Positions 28,301 through 43,800 of a stretch of 64,000 bases of DNA are shown here, piece after piece (the first letter of the stretch is position 1; every line of letters starts with the position of its first letter). The notes under the pieces are model-generated. The model worked only from the letters and a program-made list of their open reading frames with translations, made no database searches and was not told where the DNA came from. A program made the translations under genes and the position numbers. The stretch is from NCBI RefSeq assembly GCF_009914755.1, contig NC_060946.1; one strand, given 5' to 3'. The DNA comes from the human T2T-CHM13v2.0 reference genome, Homo sapiens.

Positions 28301-31300
28301 CTTCCACATACTACAAAAAGAGTGTTTCAAACCTGCTCTATGAAAGGGAATGTTCAACTCTGTGACTTGAATGGAAACATCACAAAGAAGTTTCTGAGAA
28401 TGTTTTGGTCTAGCTTCTGTATGAAAATATTCCTGTTTCCAAAGAAATCCTCAAATCTATCCAAATATCCTCTTGCAGATTCTACAAAATGCGTGTTTCA
28501 ATACTGCTCTATCGAAAGAAAATTTCGTCTCTGTTAGTTGAGTGAACACATCACAAAGATTTTTCTGAGAATGCTTCTGTCTTGTTTTTATTGGAAGATA
28601 ATTGCTTTTTTACCATCGGCTTCCAAGCCCTCCAAATGTCCACTTCCAGATACTGCAAAAACAGACTTTCAAACCTGCTCTATGAAAGGGAATTTTCAAC
28701 TCAGTGACTTGAATGCAAACATCACAAAGAAGTTTCTGAGAATGCTTCTGTCTATATTATATATGAAGAGATTCCCGTTTCCAACGAAATCCTCAAAGCT
28801 ATCCAAATATCGAATTGCAAATTCTACAAAAAGAGTGTTTCAAACCTGCTGTATGAAAGGAAAGGTTCATCTCTGTTACTTGAGTGAGCACATCACAAAC
28901 AGGTTTCTGACAGTGGTTCTCTCTAGTTTTTAAGGAATGATGTTTCTTTTTTCACCATAGGCCACAAAGCTCTCCAAGTGACCACTTCCAGATACTACAA
29001 AAGGGTGTTTCAAAATGCTCTATGAAAAGGAATGTTCAACTCTGCGACATGAACGCAAACATCACAAAGAAGTTTCTGAGAATGCTTCTGACTAGCTTTT
29101 ATATGAAGATATTCCCGTTTCCAACGAAATCCTCAAAGCTATCCAAATATGCACTTGCAGATCCTACAAAAAGAGTGTTTTAAAACTGCTCTATCAAAAG
29201 AAAGGTTCCAGTCTGTTAGCTGAGTGCACACATCACAAACAAGTTTTTGAGAATGCTTTGGTTTAGTTTTTATTGGAAGATATTTCCTTTTGTACCTTAG
29301 GTCTCCAAGCCCTCGGAATGTCCACTTCCAGATACTACAAAAAGAGTGTTTCAAACCTGCTCTATGAAAGGGAATGTTCAACTCTGTGACTTGAATGCAC
29401 ACATCACAAATAAGTTACTGAGAATGCTGCTGTCTATATTTTATAAGAAGAGATTCCCGTTTCCAAAGAAATCCTCAAACGTATCCAAATATCCACTTGC
29501 AGATTCTACAAAAAGAGTGTTTCAAACCTGCTCTATCAAAAGAAAGGTTCAACTCTGTTAGTTGAGTGCACACATCACAAACAAGTTTCTGACAATGCTT
29601 CTGTCTAGTTTTTATAGGAAGATATTTCCTTTTTCATGACATGCCTCCAAGCGCTCCACATTTTCACTTCCACATACTACAAAAAGAGTGTTTCAAACCT
29701 GCTCTATGAAAGGGAATGTTCACCTCAGTGACTTGAACGCAAACATCACAAAGAAGTTTCTGAGAATGCTTCTGTCTAGATTATAAATGGAGAGATTCCC
29801 GTTTCCAAAGAAATCCTCAAATCTTTGCAAATATCCACTTGTAGATTCTACAAAAAGAGTGTTTCAAACCTGCTGTATGAAAAGAAATGTTCATCTCTCT
29901 TAGTTGAGTGAGTGGGAATATCACAAGTTTCTGAGAGTGCTTTTGTCTAGTTTTTAAGGAATGATATTTCCATTTTCACCATAGGCCACAAATCGCTCCA
30001 AATGTCCATTTCCAGATACGACAAAAGGAGTTTTTGAAACCTGCTCTATGAAAGGGAATGTTCAACTCTGTGACTTGAATGCAAACATCACAAAGAAGTT
30101 TCTGAGAATGCTTCTGTGTAGATTTTTTATGAAGAGATTCCCGTTTCCAACGAAATCCTCAAAGCTATCCAAATATCCACTTGCAGATTCTACAAAAAGA
30201 GTGTTTCAAAACTGCTCAATCAAAAGAAAGGTTCATCTCTGTTAGGTGAGTGCGCACATCACAAACAAGTTTCTGATAGTGCTTCTGTCTAATTTTTAAG
30301 GGGTGATATTTCCATTTTCACGATAGGCCACAGAGCGCTCCAAATGTCCCCTTCCAGATAGTACAAAAAGAGTGTTTCAAACATGCTCTATGAAAGGGAA
30401 TGTTCAACTATGTGACATGAATGCAAACATCACAAATAAATTTCTGAGAATGCTTCTGTTTAGATTTTTTTGAAGAGATTCCCGTTTCCAATGAAATCCA
30501 CAAAGCTATCCGAATATCCACTTGCAGGTTCTACAAAAAGAGTGTTTCAAAACTGCTCTATAAAAAGAAATGTTCAACTCTGTTAGTTGCGTACACACAT
30601 CACAAACAAGTTTCTGAGAATGCTTCTGTCTAGTTTTTATGGGAAGATATTTCCTTTTTCACCATTGTCGTCCAAGCGCTCCAAACTTCCACTTCCAGAT
30701 ACTACAAAAACAGTGTTTCAAACCTGCTCTATGAAAGGAAATGTTCAGGTCTGTGATTGAATGCAAACATCACAAAGATGTTACTGAGAATACTTCTGTC
30801 TAGATTTTATATGAAGAGATTCCGGTTTCCAAAGAAATCCTCAAAGCTATCCAAATATCCACTTGTGGATTCTCCAAAAGGAGTGTTTCAAAACTGCTCT
30901 ATCAAAGGAAGGTTCAACTGTGTTAGTTGAGTACACACATTACAAAGGAGTTCCTGAGAATGCTTCTGTCTAGTTTTTATGGGAAGATATTTCCTTTTTC
31001 ACCACAGGCCTCCAAGCACTCCAAATGTCCGCTTCCACATACTACAAAAAGAGTGTTTCAAACCTGCTCTGTGAAAGGGAATGTTCAACTCAGTGACTTG
31101 AATGCAAACGTTACAAAGAAGTTTCTGAGTATGCTTCTGTCTAGATTTTTTATGAAGAGATTCCCATTTCCAACGAAATCCTCAAAGCTATCCAAATATC
31201 CACTTGCAGATTCTACAAAAAGAGTGTTTCAAACCTGCTGCATGAAAAGAAACGTCCATCTCTGTTAGTTGAGTGGGCACATCCCAAACAAGTTTCTGAG

Positions 31301-32782
31301 AGTGCTTCTGTCTAGTTTTTAAGGGATGATATTTCCTTTTTCACGGTAGGCCACAAAGCACTCCAAATGTACACTTCCACATGGTACAAAAAGAGTGTTT
31401 CAAACATGTTCTATGAAAGGGAATGTTCAACTCTGCGACATGAATGAAAACATCACAAGGATGTTTCTGAGAATGCTTCTGTGTAGCTTTTATGTGAAGA
31501 TAATCCCGTTTCCAAAGAAATCCTGAAAGCTGTCCAAATATCCACTTGGAGATTCTACAAAAAGAGTGTTTCAAAACTGCTGTGTCAAAAGAAATGTTCA
31601 ACTCTGTTAGTTGAGTGCACACATCATAAACAAGTTTCTGAGAATGCTTCTGTCTAGTTTTTATTCGAAGATATTTCCTTTTTTATCACTGGCCTCCAAG
31701 ACCTCCAAATGTCCACTTCCAGATACTACAAAAAGTGTGTTTCAAAACTGCTCTATGAAAGGGAATGTTCAACTCTGTGACTTGAATGCAAACATCACAA
31801 AGAAGTTTCTGAGAATGCTTCAGTCTAGATTTTATATGAGGAGATTCCCGTTTCCAACGAAATCCACAAAGGTATCCAAATATCCCTTTCGAGATAGTTC
31901 CAAAAGGGTGTTTCAATTGTGCTCTATGAAAGGGAATGTTCAACTCTGTGACTTGAATGCAAAAATCACAAAGAAGTTTCTGAGAATGCTTCTGTCTATC
32001 TTTTATATGAAGAGATTCCCGTTTCCAACGAAATACTCAAAGGTATCCAAATGTCCACTTGCAGATTCTACAAAAAGAGTGTTTCAAAACTGCTCTATCA
32101 AAAGAAAAGTTCAACTCTGTCAGCTGAGTGCACACATAACAAAACTTTCTGAGAATCCTTCTGTCTAGTTTTTATTGGAAGTTATTTCCTTTTTTACCAT
32201 AGACCTCCAAGCCCTCCAAATGTCCACTTCCAGATACTTCAAAAAGAGTTTTTCCAACCTGCTCTATGAAAGGGAATGTTCAAATCTGTGACTTAAATGC
32301 AAACACCACAGAGAAGTTTTTGAGAATGCTTCGGTCTAGATTTTATATGAAGATATTCCCGTTTCCAAAGAAATCCTCAAAGCTATCCAAATATCGAGTT
32401 GCAATTTCTACAAAAAGAGTGTTTCAAACCTGCTGTATGAAAAGAAAGGTTCATCTCTGTTAGTTGAGTGGGCACATCACAAATAAGTTTCTGAGAGTGC
32501 TTCTGTCTAGTTTTTAAGGAATGATATTTCCTTTTTCACCATAGGCCACAAAGCGCTCCAAATGTCCACTTCCAGATACTACAAAAAGAGTGTTTCAAAC
32601 ATGCTCTATGAAAGGGAATACTCAACTCTGTGACATGAATGCAAACATCACAAAGAAGTTTCTGAGAATGCTTCTGTCTGGATTTTTTATGAACAGGTTC
32701 CCGTTTGCAATGAAATCCTCAAAGCTATCCAAATATCCACTTGCAGATTCTACAAAAAGAGTGTTTTGAAACTGCTCTATCA
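25311..32782 (-). repeat. Divergent dimeric (A/B alternating) SF2-like alpha satellite, left of the L1
   Basis: The ~341-bp dimer period persists with SF2-type motifs ctctgttagttgag, ctctgtgacttgaatgc and aaatcctcaaagct. The 1364-bp periodicity is absent, and many CENP-B boxes have lost a CpG (ccaatgaa, ccaaagaa). Confidence 0.85.
32769..32782 (+). repeat. L1 target-site duplication, left copy (aaactgctctatca)
   Basis: The identical 14-mer occurs at 39170-39183 right after the terminal poly(A). Removing the insert restores one continuous alpha monomer. Confidence 0.9.
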
Positions 32783-32787
32783 TAACA

Positions 32788-33692
32788 GTGAGGAGCCAAG
32801 ATGGCCGAATAGGAACAGCTTCAGTCTACAGCTCCCAGCATAAGCAACTCAGAAGACGGGTGATTTCTGCATTTCCATCTTAGGTACCGGGTTCATCTCC
32901 CTAGGAAGTGCCAGAGAGTGGGCGCAGGTCCGTGGGTTCCCGCACCGTGCACGAGCCCAAGCAGGGCGAGTCATTGCCTCACTTGGGAAGTGCAAGGGTT
33001 CAGGGAGTTCCCTTTCTGAGTCAAAGAAAGGGGTGACGGATGGCACCTGGAAAATCGGGTCACTCCCACCGGAATACTGAGCTTTTCCGAAGGGCTTAAA
33101 AAAGGGTGCACCACGAGATTATATCCCGCACCTGGCTCGGAGGGTCCTACGTCCATGGAGTCTCGCTGATTGCTAGCACAGCAGTCTGAGATCAAACTGC
33201 AAGGCGGCAGTGAGGCTGGGGGAGGGGCGCCCGCCATTGCCCAGGCTTGATTAGATAAACAAAGCAGCCGGGAAGCTGGAACTGAGTGGAGCCCACCACA
33301 GCTCAAGGAGGCCTGCCTGCCTCTGTAGGCTCCACCTCTGGGGGCAGGGCACAGACAAACAAAAAGACAGCAGTAACCTATGCAGACTTAAATGTCCCTG
33401 TCTGACAGATTTGAAGAGAGGAGTGGTTCTCCCAGCATGCAGCTGGAGATCTGAGAATGGGCAGATTGCCTCCTCAAGTGGGTCCCTGACCCCTGACCCC
33501 CAAGCAGCCTAACTGGGAGGCACCCCCCAGCAGGTGTACACTGACACCTCACATGGCAGGGTACTCCAACAGACCTGCAGCTGAGTGTCCTCTCTGTAAG
33601 AAGGAAAACTAACAAACAGAAAGGACATCCACACCAAAAACCCATCTGTACATCACCATCATCAAAGACCAAAAGTAGATAAAACCACAAAG
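32788..33692 (+). promoter_or_regulatory. L1 5'UTR internal sense/antisense promoter, with YY1 site CAAGATGGCC at 32797-32806
   Basis: GC-rich, recognisable L1PA 5'UTR with many CpGs decayed to TG/CA. The YY1 motif is intact. Confidence 0.85.
32971..33237 (-). CDS. L1 ORF0 homologue (antisense, 88 aa, open)
   Basis: The minus-strand translation from the ATG at 33237, MAGAPPPASLPPCSLISDCCASNQRDS..., matches the primate L1 ORF0 N-terminus. The C-terminus differs from and is longer than the 71-aa L1HS version. Expression is unknown. Confidence 0.6.
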   Translation of the reverse strand: MAGAPPPASLPPCSLISDCCASNQRDSMDVGPSEPGAGYNLVVHPFLSPSEKLSIPVGVTRFSRCHPSPLSLTQKGNSLNPCTSQVRQ

Positions 33693-34705
33693 ATGGGGAA
33701 AAAACAGAACAGAAAAACTGGAAACTCTAAAAAGCAGAACGCCTCTCCTCCTCCAAAGGAATGCAGTTCCTCACCAGCAACAGAACAAAGCTGGATGAAG
33801 AATGACTTTGACGAGGTGAGAGAAGAAGGCTTCAGAAGATCAAATTACTCTGAGCTATGGGAGGACATTCAAACCAAAGGCAAAGAAGTTGAAAACTTTG
33901 AAAAAAATTTAGAAGAATGTGTATCTAGAATAACCAATACAGAGAAGTGCTTAAAGGAGCTGATGGAGCTGAAAACCAAGGCTCGAGAACTACATGAAGA
34001 ATGCAGAAGCCTCAGGAGCAGATGCAATCAACTGGAAGAAAGGGTATCAGCGATGGAAGATGAAAGGAATGAAAGGAAGGGAGAAGGGAAGTCTAGAGAA
34101 AAAAGAATAAAAAGAAATGAGCAAAGCCTCCAAGAAATATGGGACTATGTGAAAAGACCAAATCTACATCTGATTGGTGTATCTGAAAGTGATGGGGATA
34201 ATGGAACCAAGTTGGAAAACACTCTGCAGGATATTATCCAGGAGAAATTCCCCCATCTAGCAAGGCAGGCCAACGTTCAGATTCAGGAAATACAGAGAAC
34301 GCCACAAAAATACTCCTCGAGAAGAGCAACTCCAAGACACGTAATTGTCAGATTCACCAAATTTGAAATGAAGGAAAAAATGTTAAGGGCAGCCAGAGAG
34401 AAAGGTCGGGTTACCCTCAAAGGGAAGCCCATCAGACTAACAGCGGATCTCTCGGCAGAAACCTTACAAGCCAGAAGAGAGTGGGGGTCAATATTCAACA
34501 TTCTTAAAGAAAAGAATTTCAACCCAGAGTTTCATATCCAGAAAAACTAAGCTTCATAAGTGAAGGAGAAATAAAATCCATTACAGACAACCAAAGGCTG
34601 AGAGATTTTGTCACCACCAGGCCTGCCTTACAAGAGCTGAAGGAAGCACTAAACATGGAAAGGAACAACCGGTACCAGCCACTGCAAAATCATGCCAAAA
34701 TGTAA
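33693..34705 (+). pseudogene. L1 ORF1p (RNA-binding/chaperone), frameshifted
   Basis: MGKKQNRKTGNSK... is open for 285 aa. A 1-bp loss near 34517 (aagaatttcaaccc) shifts the frame. The native end ...catgccaaaatgtaa is at 34705. Confidence 0.92.
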
Positions 34706-34768
34706 AGACCATCAAGACTAGGAAGAAACTGTATCAACTAACGAGCAAAATAACCAGCTAACATCATA

Positions 34769-38592
<3,824 letters not shown>

Positions 38593-38845
38593 ACAATGAG
38601 ATCACATGGACACAGAAAGGGGAATATCACACTCTGGGGAATGTTGTGGAGTGTGGGGAGGGGGGAGGGATAGCATCGGGAGATATACCTAATGCTAGAT
38701 GACGAGTTAGTGGGTGCAGCGCACCAGCATGGCACATGTATACATATGTAAATAACCTGCACAATGTGCACATTTACCCTAAAACTTAAAGTATAATAAA
38801 AAAATAAAAAAATAAAACTTAAAAAAACGAAGAAAATATAACAAA

Positions 38846-38910
38846 TAACATGTTTAACTATATAACAAACCTTCACATGTACCCTCAAACATAAAATAAA
38901 AGTTTCAAAA
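38846..38910 (+). mobile_element. ~65-bp 3'-terminal fragment of an older L1 (L1PA13-16-like), flanked by 17-bp direct repeats
   Basis: catgtttaactatataacaaaccttcacatgtaccctcaaacataaaataaaagtt resembles old L1PA 3' ends. It is flanked by gaagaaaatataacaaa at 38829-38845 and 38911-38927. Confidence 0.7.
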
Positions 38911-38930
38911 GAAGAAAATATAACAAACAC

Positions 38931-39110
38931 ATGTGAGATGTGTGTGTATGCATGTATCTACATGATTATGTATGTATACATATGTGTATACATATATGTA
39001 TGTATACACATGTGTAGACGTGTATATGTATATATACACATGTGTAGACATATATATGTATATATACACACATGCAGATACATACATACATATACACGTA
39101 TCTTTGTATG
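38931..39110. repeat. Degenerate (TG/TA/CA)n alternating purine-pyrimidine microsatellite
   Basis: Runs such as tgtgtgtatg and tatatacaca, with an internal ~30-bp duplication (tatacacatgtgtagac at ~39003 and ~39033). Confidence 0.9.
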
Positions 39111-39169
39111 TTCTTGTTTCCATATTTCCTCCTCCTTTATATAAAGGATAGCATATTCTTAAAAAAAAA

Positions 39170-39183
39170 AAACTGCTCTATCA
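39170..39183 (+). repeat. L1 target-site duplication, right copy (aaactgctctatca)
   Basis: Matches 32769-32782 and continues into aaagaaaggttcaactc alpha consensus. Confidence 0.9.
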
Positions 39184-40800
39184 AAAGAAAGGTTCAACTC
39201 TGTTAGTTGAGTAAACACATCACAAACAAGTTTCTGACAATACTTCTGTCTAGTTTTTACGGGAAGATATTTCCTTTTCACCATAGGCCTCCAAGCGCTC
39301 CAAATGTCCACTTCCACATACTACAAAAAGAGTGTTTCAAACCTGCTCTATGAAAGGGAATGTTCAACTCTGTGACTTGAATGCAAACATCACAAAGAAG
39401 TTTCTGAGAATGCTTCTGTCTAGATTTTATATGAAGAGATTCCCGTTTCCAATGAAATCCTCAAAGCTATCCAAATATCCACTTGCAGATTCTACAAAAA
39501 AAGTGTTTCAAGAAGTTTCTGAGATTGCTTCAGTCTAGAATTTTTATGAAGAGACTCCCGTTTCCAATGAAATCCACAAAGCTATCCAATTATCCACTTG
39601 CAGATTCCACAAAAAGAGTGTTTCAAAACTGCTCTATCAAAAGAAAAGTTCATCTCTGTTAGTTGAGTGCGCACATCACAAAAAAGTTTCTGAGAGTGTT
39701 TCTGTCTAGTTTTTAAAGGATGATATTTTCTTTTTCACCATAGGCCTCAAAGCTCTTCAAATGTCCACTTCCAGATACTACAAAAAGAGTGTTTCAAACA
39801 TGCTCTATGAAAGGGAATGTTCAACTCAGTGACATGAACGCAAACATCACAAAGAAGTTTCTGAGAATGCTTCTGTATAGCTTATATATGAAGAGATTCC
39901 CCTTTACAACGAAATCCTCAAAGCTATCCAAATATCCTCTTGCAGATTCTACAAAAAGAGCGTTTCAAAACTGCTCTATCAAAAGAAAGGTTCAAATCTG
40001 TTAGTTGAGTACACACATTCCAAAGAAGTTTCTGACAATGCTTCTGTCTAGTTTTCATGGGAAGATATTTCCGATTTCAACATAGGCTACCAACTGCTCC
40101 AAATGTCCACTTCCAGATACTACAAAAAGAGTTTTTCAAACCTGCTTTATGAAAGGGAATGTTCAACTCTGTGACTTGAATGCAAACTTCACAAAGAAGT
40201 TTCTGAGAATGCTTCTGTCTACTTTTTATATGAAGATATTCCCGTTTCCAACGAAATCCTGTATGCTATCCAAATATCCACTAGGAGATTCTACAAAAAG
40301 AGTGTTTCAAAACTGCTGTATGAAAAGAAATGTTTATCTCTGTTAGTTGAGTGGGCACATCTCAAACAAGTTTCTGAGAGTGCTTCTGTCTAGTTTTTAA
40401 GGGATGATATTTCCTTTTTCACCATAGGCCTCCAAGCGCTCCAAATGTCCACTTCCACAAACTACAAAAAGAGTGTTTCAAACCTGCTCTATGAAAAGGG
40501 AATATTCAACTCTGTGACTTGAATGCAAACATCACAAAGAAGTTTCTGAGAATGCTTCTGTCTAGATTTTATATGAAGAGATTCCCGTTTCCAATGAAAT
40601 CCTCAAAGCTATCCAAATATCCACTTGCAGATTCTATTAAAAGAGTGTTTCAAACCTGCTGTTTGAAAAGAAAGGTTCATCTCTGTTAGTTGAGTGCGCA
40701 CATCACAAACAGTTTCTGTGAGTGCTTCTGTCTAGTTTTTAAGGGATGATATTTCCTTTTTCACTACAGGCCTCAAATCGCTCCAAATGTCCACTTTTAG
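39170..40800 (-). repeat. Divergent dimeric SF2-like alpha satellite, right of the L1
   Basis: Same diagnostic motifs as 25.3-32.8 kb (gaagagattcccg, tgttagttgag, tgtgacttgaatg, aagggatgatatttc). Confidence 0.85.
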
Positions 40801-43800
40801 ATAGTACAAAAAGAGTTTTTCACACCTGCTCTATTAAAAGAAAAGTTCAACTCTGTGAGTTGAGTACTCACATCAGAAAGCAGTTTCTTAGAATTCTTGT
40901 GTCTAGTTTTCATGTGAAGATATCTCCTTTTTCACCATAGGCCTCAAAGTGTTTCAAGTTTCAACTTACAGATTCAACAAAGAGAGTGTTTCAAAACTGC
41001 TCTATGAAAAGTAATGTTCAACTCTGTGAGTTGAATGCAAGCATTACAAAGAAGTTTCTGAGATTGCTTCTGTCTATTTTTTATGTGAAGATATTGCCGT
41101 TTACAGTGAAGGCCTCAAAGTTTTCCAAACATACACTTTCAAATTGTACAAAAAGACTGTTTCCAATCTGCTCTATCAAAAGATTCAACTCTGTGAGTTG
41201 AAACACACATCTAAAAGTAGTTTCTGAAAATGCTTCTGTCTAGTTTTATGTGAAGATATTCTGGTTTCCCATGAAATCCTGAATTCTGTCCTAATATCCA
41301 GTTGTAAATTCTACAAGAAGAGTGTTTAAAAACTTCTGTATCAAAAGAAAGATTTAACTGCGTGAGTTGAGTTCATGCATCACAAAGAAGTTTCTGAGAA
41401 TGCTTCTGTCTAGTTTTTATGGGAAGATATTTTGTTTCCACCGTAGGCCTGAAAGCGCTCCAAATGTCCACTTGCAGATACTACAAAAAGAGTTTTCCAA
41501 AACTGCTCTAGGAACGGGAAAGTTCAACTCTCTGAGATGAATGCAAACATCACAAAGAAGTTCCTGAGAATGCTTTAGTCTAGTTTTTATGTGAAGATAT
41601 TCACTTCTGCAACAATATCCTCAAAGCTATCCAAATATCCACTTGCAGATTCTACAAAAAGAGTGTTTAAAAACTGCTCTATCAAAAGGGAAGTTCAACT
41701 CTGTGAGTTGAGTGCACAAATCACAATGAAGTTTCTGAGAATTCTTATGTCTAGTTTTCATGGGAAGATATTTCTTTTTTCACTATAGGCCTCAAAGCAC
41801 TCAAAGTTTCCATTTACAGATTCTACAAAAACTATTTTTCAGAACTGCTCTCTGAAAAGGAATGTTCAACTCTGTGAGTTGAATGCAAGCATCACAAAAA
41901 AGTTTCTGAGAATGCTTCTGTCTAGTTTTTATGTGAAGATATACCCGTTTCCAGTGAAGTCCTTAAAGCTGTCCAAATATCCACTTGCAAATTTGAGAAA
42001 AAGAGTCTTTCCAATCTGCTCTATTAAAGGAAAGTTTCAACTCTGTGAGTTGAAAGCACACATCACAAAGAAGTTCCTGAGAATGCTTCTGTCTAGTTTT
42101 ATGTGAAGATATTCCCTTTTCCAACGAAAAAGTCAATGCTGTCCAAATATCGACTTGTAAATTCCACAAGAAGAGTGTTTCAAAAGTGCTCTCACAAAGG
42201 AAAGGTTTATCCGTGAGTTGAGTGCACAAATCAAAAATTAGTTTCTGAGAATGCTTCTGTCTTCTTTTTATGTGAAGATATTTCCTTTTTCACCATAGGT
42301 CTCAAATCGCACCAAATGTTGACTTGCAGATTCTACAAAAAGAGTTTCTCAAAACTGCTCTATCAAATGAAAAGTTCAACTCTGTGAGTTGAGTACGCAC
42401 ATCACAAAGAAGTTTCTTAGAATTCTTGTGTGTAGCTTTTATGGGAAGATATCTCCTTTTTCATCATAGGCCTCAAAGGGCTCCAAGTTTCAACTTACAG
42501 ATCCTACAAAAAGAGTGTTTCAAAACTGCTCAATGAAAAGGAATGTTCAACTCTGTGAGTTGAATGCAAGCATCACATAGAAGTTTCTGAGAATGCTTCT
42601 GTCTAGTTTTTATGTGAAGATCAACCCGTTTCCAGCGAAAACGTCAAAGCAGTCAAAATATTCACTTGCAAATTCTACAAAAGAGTGTTTCCAATCTGCT
42701 TCATCAAAAGAATGTTTCAACTCTGTGAGTTGAATGCACACATCACAAAGAAGTTTCTGAGAATGCTTCTGTCTAGTTTTATGAGACGATTTTCCCGTTT
42801 CCAATGAAATCCTCATTGCTGTGTTAATATCCACTTGTAAATTCCACAAGAAGAGTGTTTCAAAACTGCTGTATCAAAGGAAAGGTTTAACTCTGTCACT
42901 TCAGTACACACATCACGAAGTAATTTGTAAGAATTCTTCTGTCTACTTTTTATGTGAAGATATTTACTTTTCAACCATAGGTCTCAAATCGCTCCAAATG
43001 TGCACTTGCAGATTCTACATAAAGAGTTTTTCAAAACTGCTGTATCAAAGGAAAGGTTTAACTCTGTGAGTTGAGTACACACATCACAAAGTAGTTTCTG
43101 AGAATGCTTCTGTCTACTTTTTATGTGAAGATATTTCCTTTTTCACCATAGGTCTCAAATCACTCCAAATATCCACTTGCAGATTCCTCAAAAAGAGTGT
43201 TTCAAAACTGCTCTATGAATAGGAATTTTCAACTCTGTGAGATGAATGCAACATCACAAATAAGTTTCTGAGAATGCTTCTCTCTAGTTTTTAGGTGAAG
43301 GTATTCCCGTTTCCAACGAAATCCTCAAAGCTATCCAAATATCCACTTGCACTCTCTCCAAAGGAGTGTTTCAAAACTGCTGTATCAAAAGAAAAGTTCA
43401 AGTCTGTGAGTTGAGTACACACATCACAAAGAAGTATCTGAGAATTCTTCTGTCTAGTTTTTATAGGAAGATGTTTCCTTTTTCAGCGTATGCATCAAAG
43501 AGCTCCAAGTTTCCACTTACAGAGTCTTCAGAAAGAATGTTTCAAAACTGCTCTATGAAAAGGAATGTTCACCTCTGTGAGTAGAATGCAAGCATCACAA
43601 AAAAGTTTCTGGGAATGCTTCTGTCTAGTTTTTATGTGAAGACATTCCCGTTTCCAACGAAAGCCTAAAAGCTATCCAAATATCCACTTGCAGATTCTAC
43701 AAAAAGAGTGTTTCAAAACTGCAGTATCAACAGAAAGGTTCAACTCTGTGAGCTGAGTACACACATCACAGAGAAGTTTCTGGGAATGCTTCTGTCTAGT

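Larger units (their letters stand above)
38821..39169 (+). other. L1 3' transduction (non-satellite flank of the source L1) ending in a second poly(A)
   Basis: About 340 bp of non-alpha sequence lies between the L1's own A-tail and a second A-run (39161-39172), inside the TSD pair. A TATAAA variant poly(A) signal is at 39140-39145. Confidence 0.88.

Noticed and set aside
29900-29935. Odd monomer segment gagtgagtgggaatatcacaagttt
   Set aside because: A small slippage duplication plus a short deletion; ordinary decay.
581-32463. Dozens of 60-185 aa ORFs (MKGNVQLCDLN..., MLQSCSLK...) repeated at regular spacing
   Set aside because: They are translations of alpha-satellite monomers. They recur with the repeat period, many start at GTG/TTG, and there is no gene structure.
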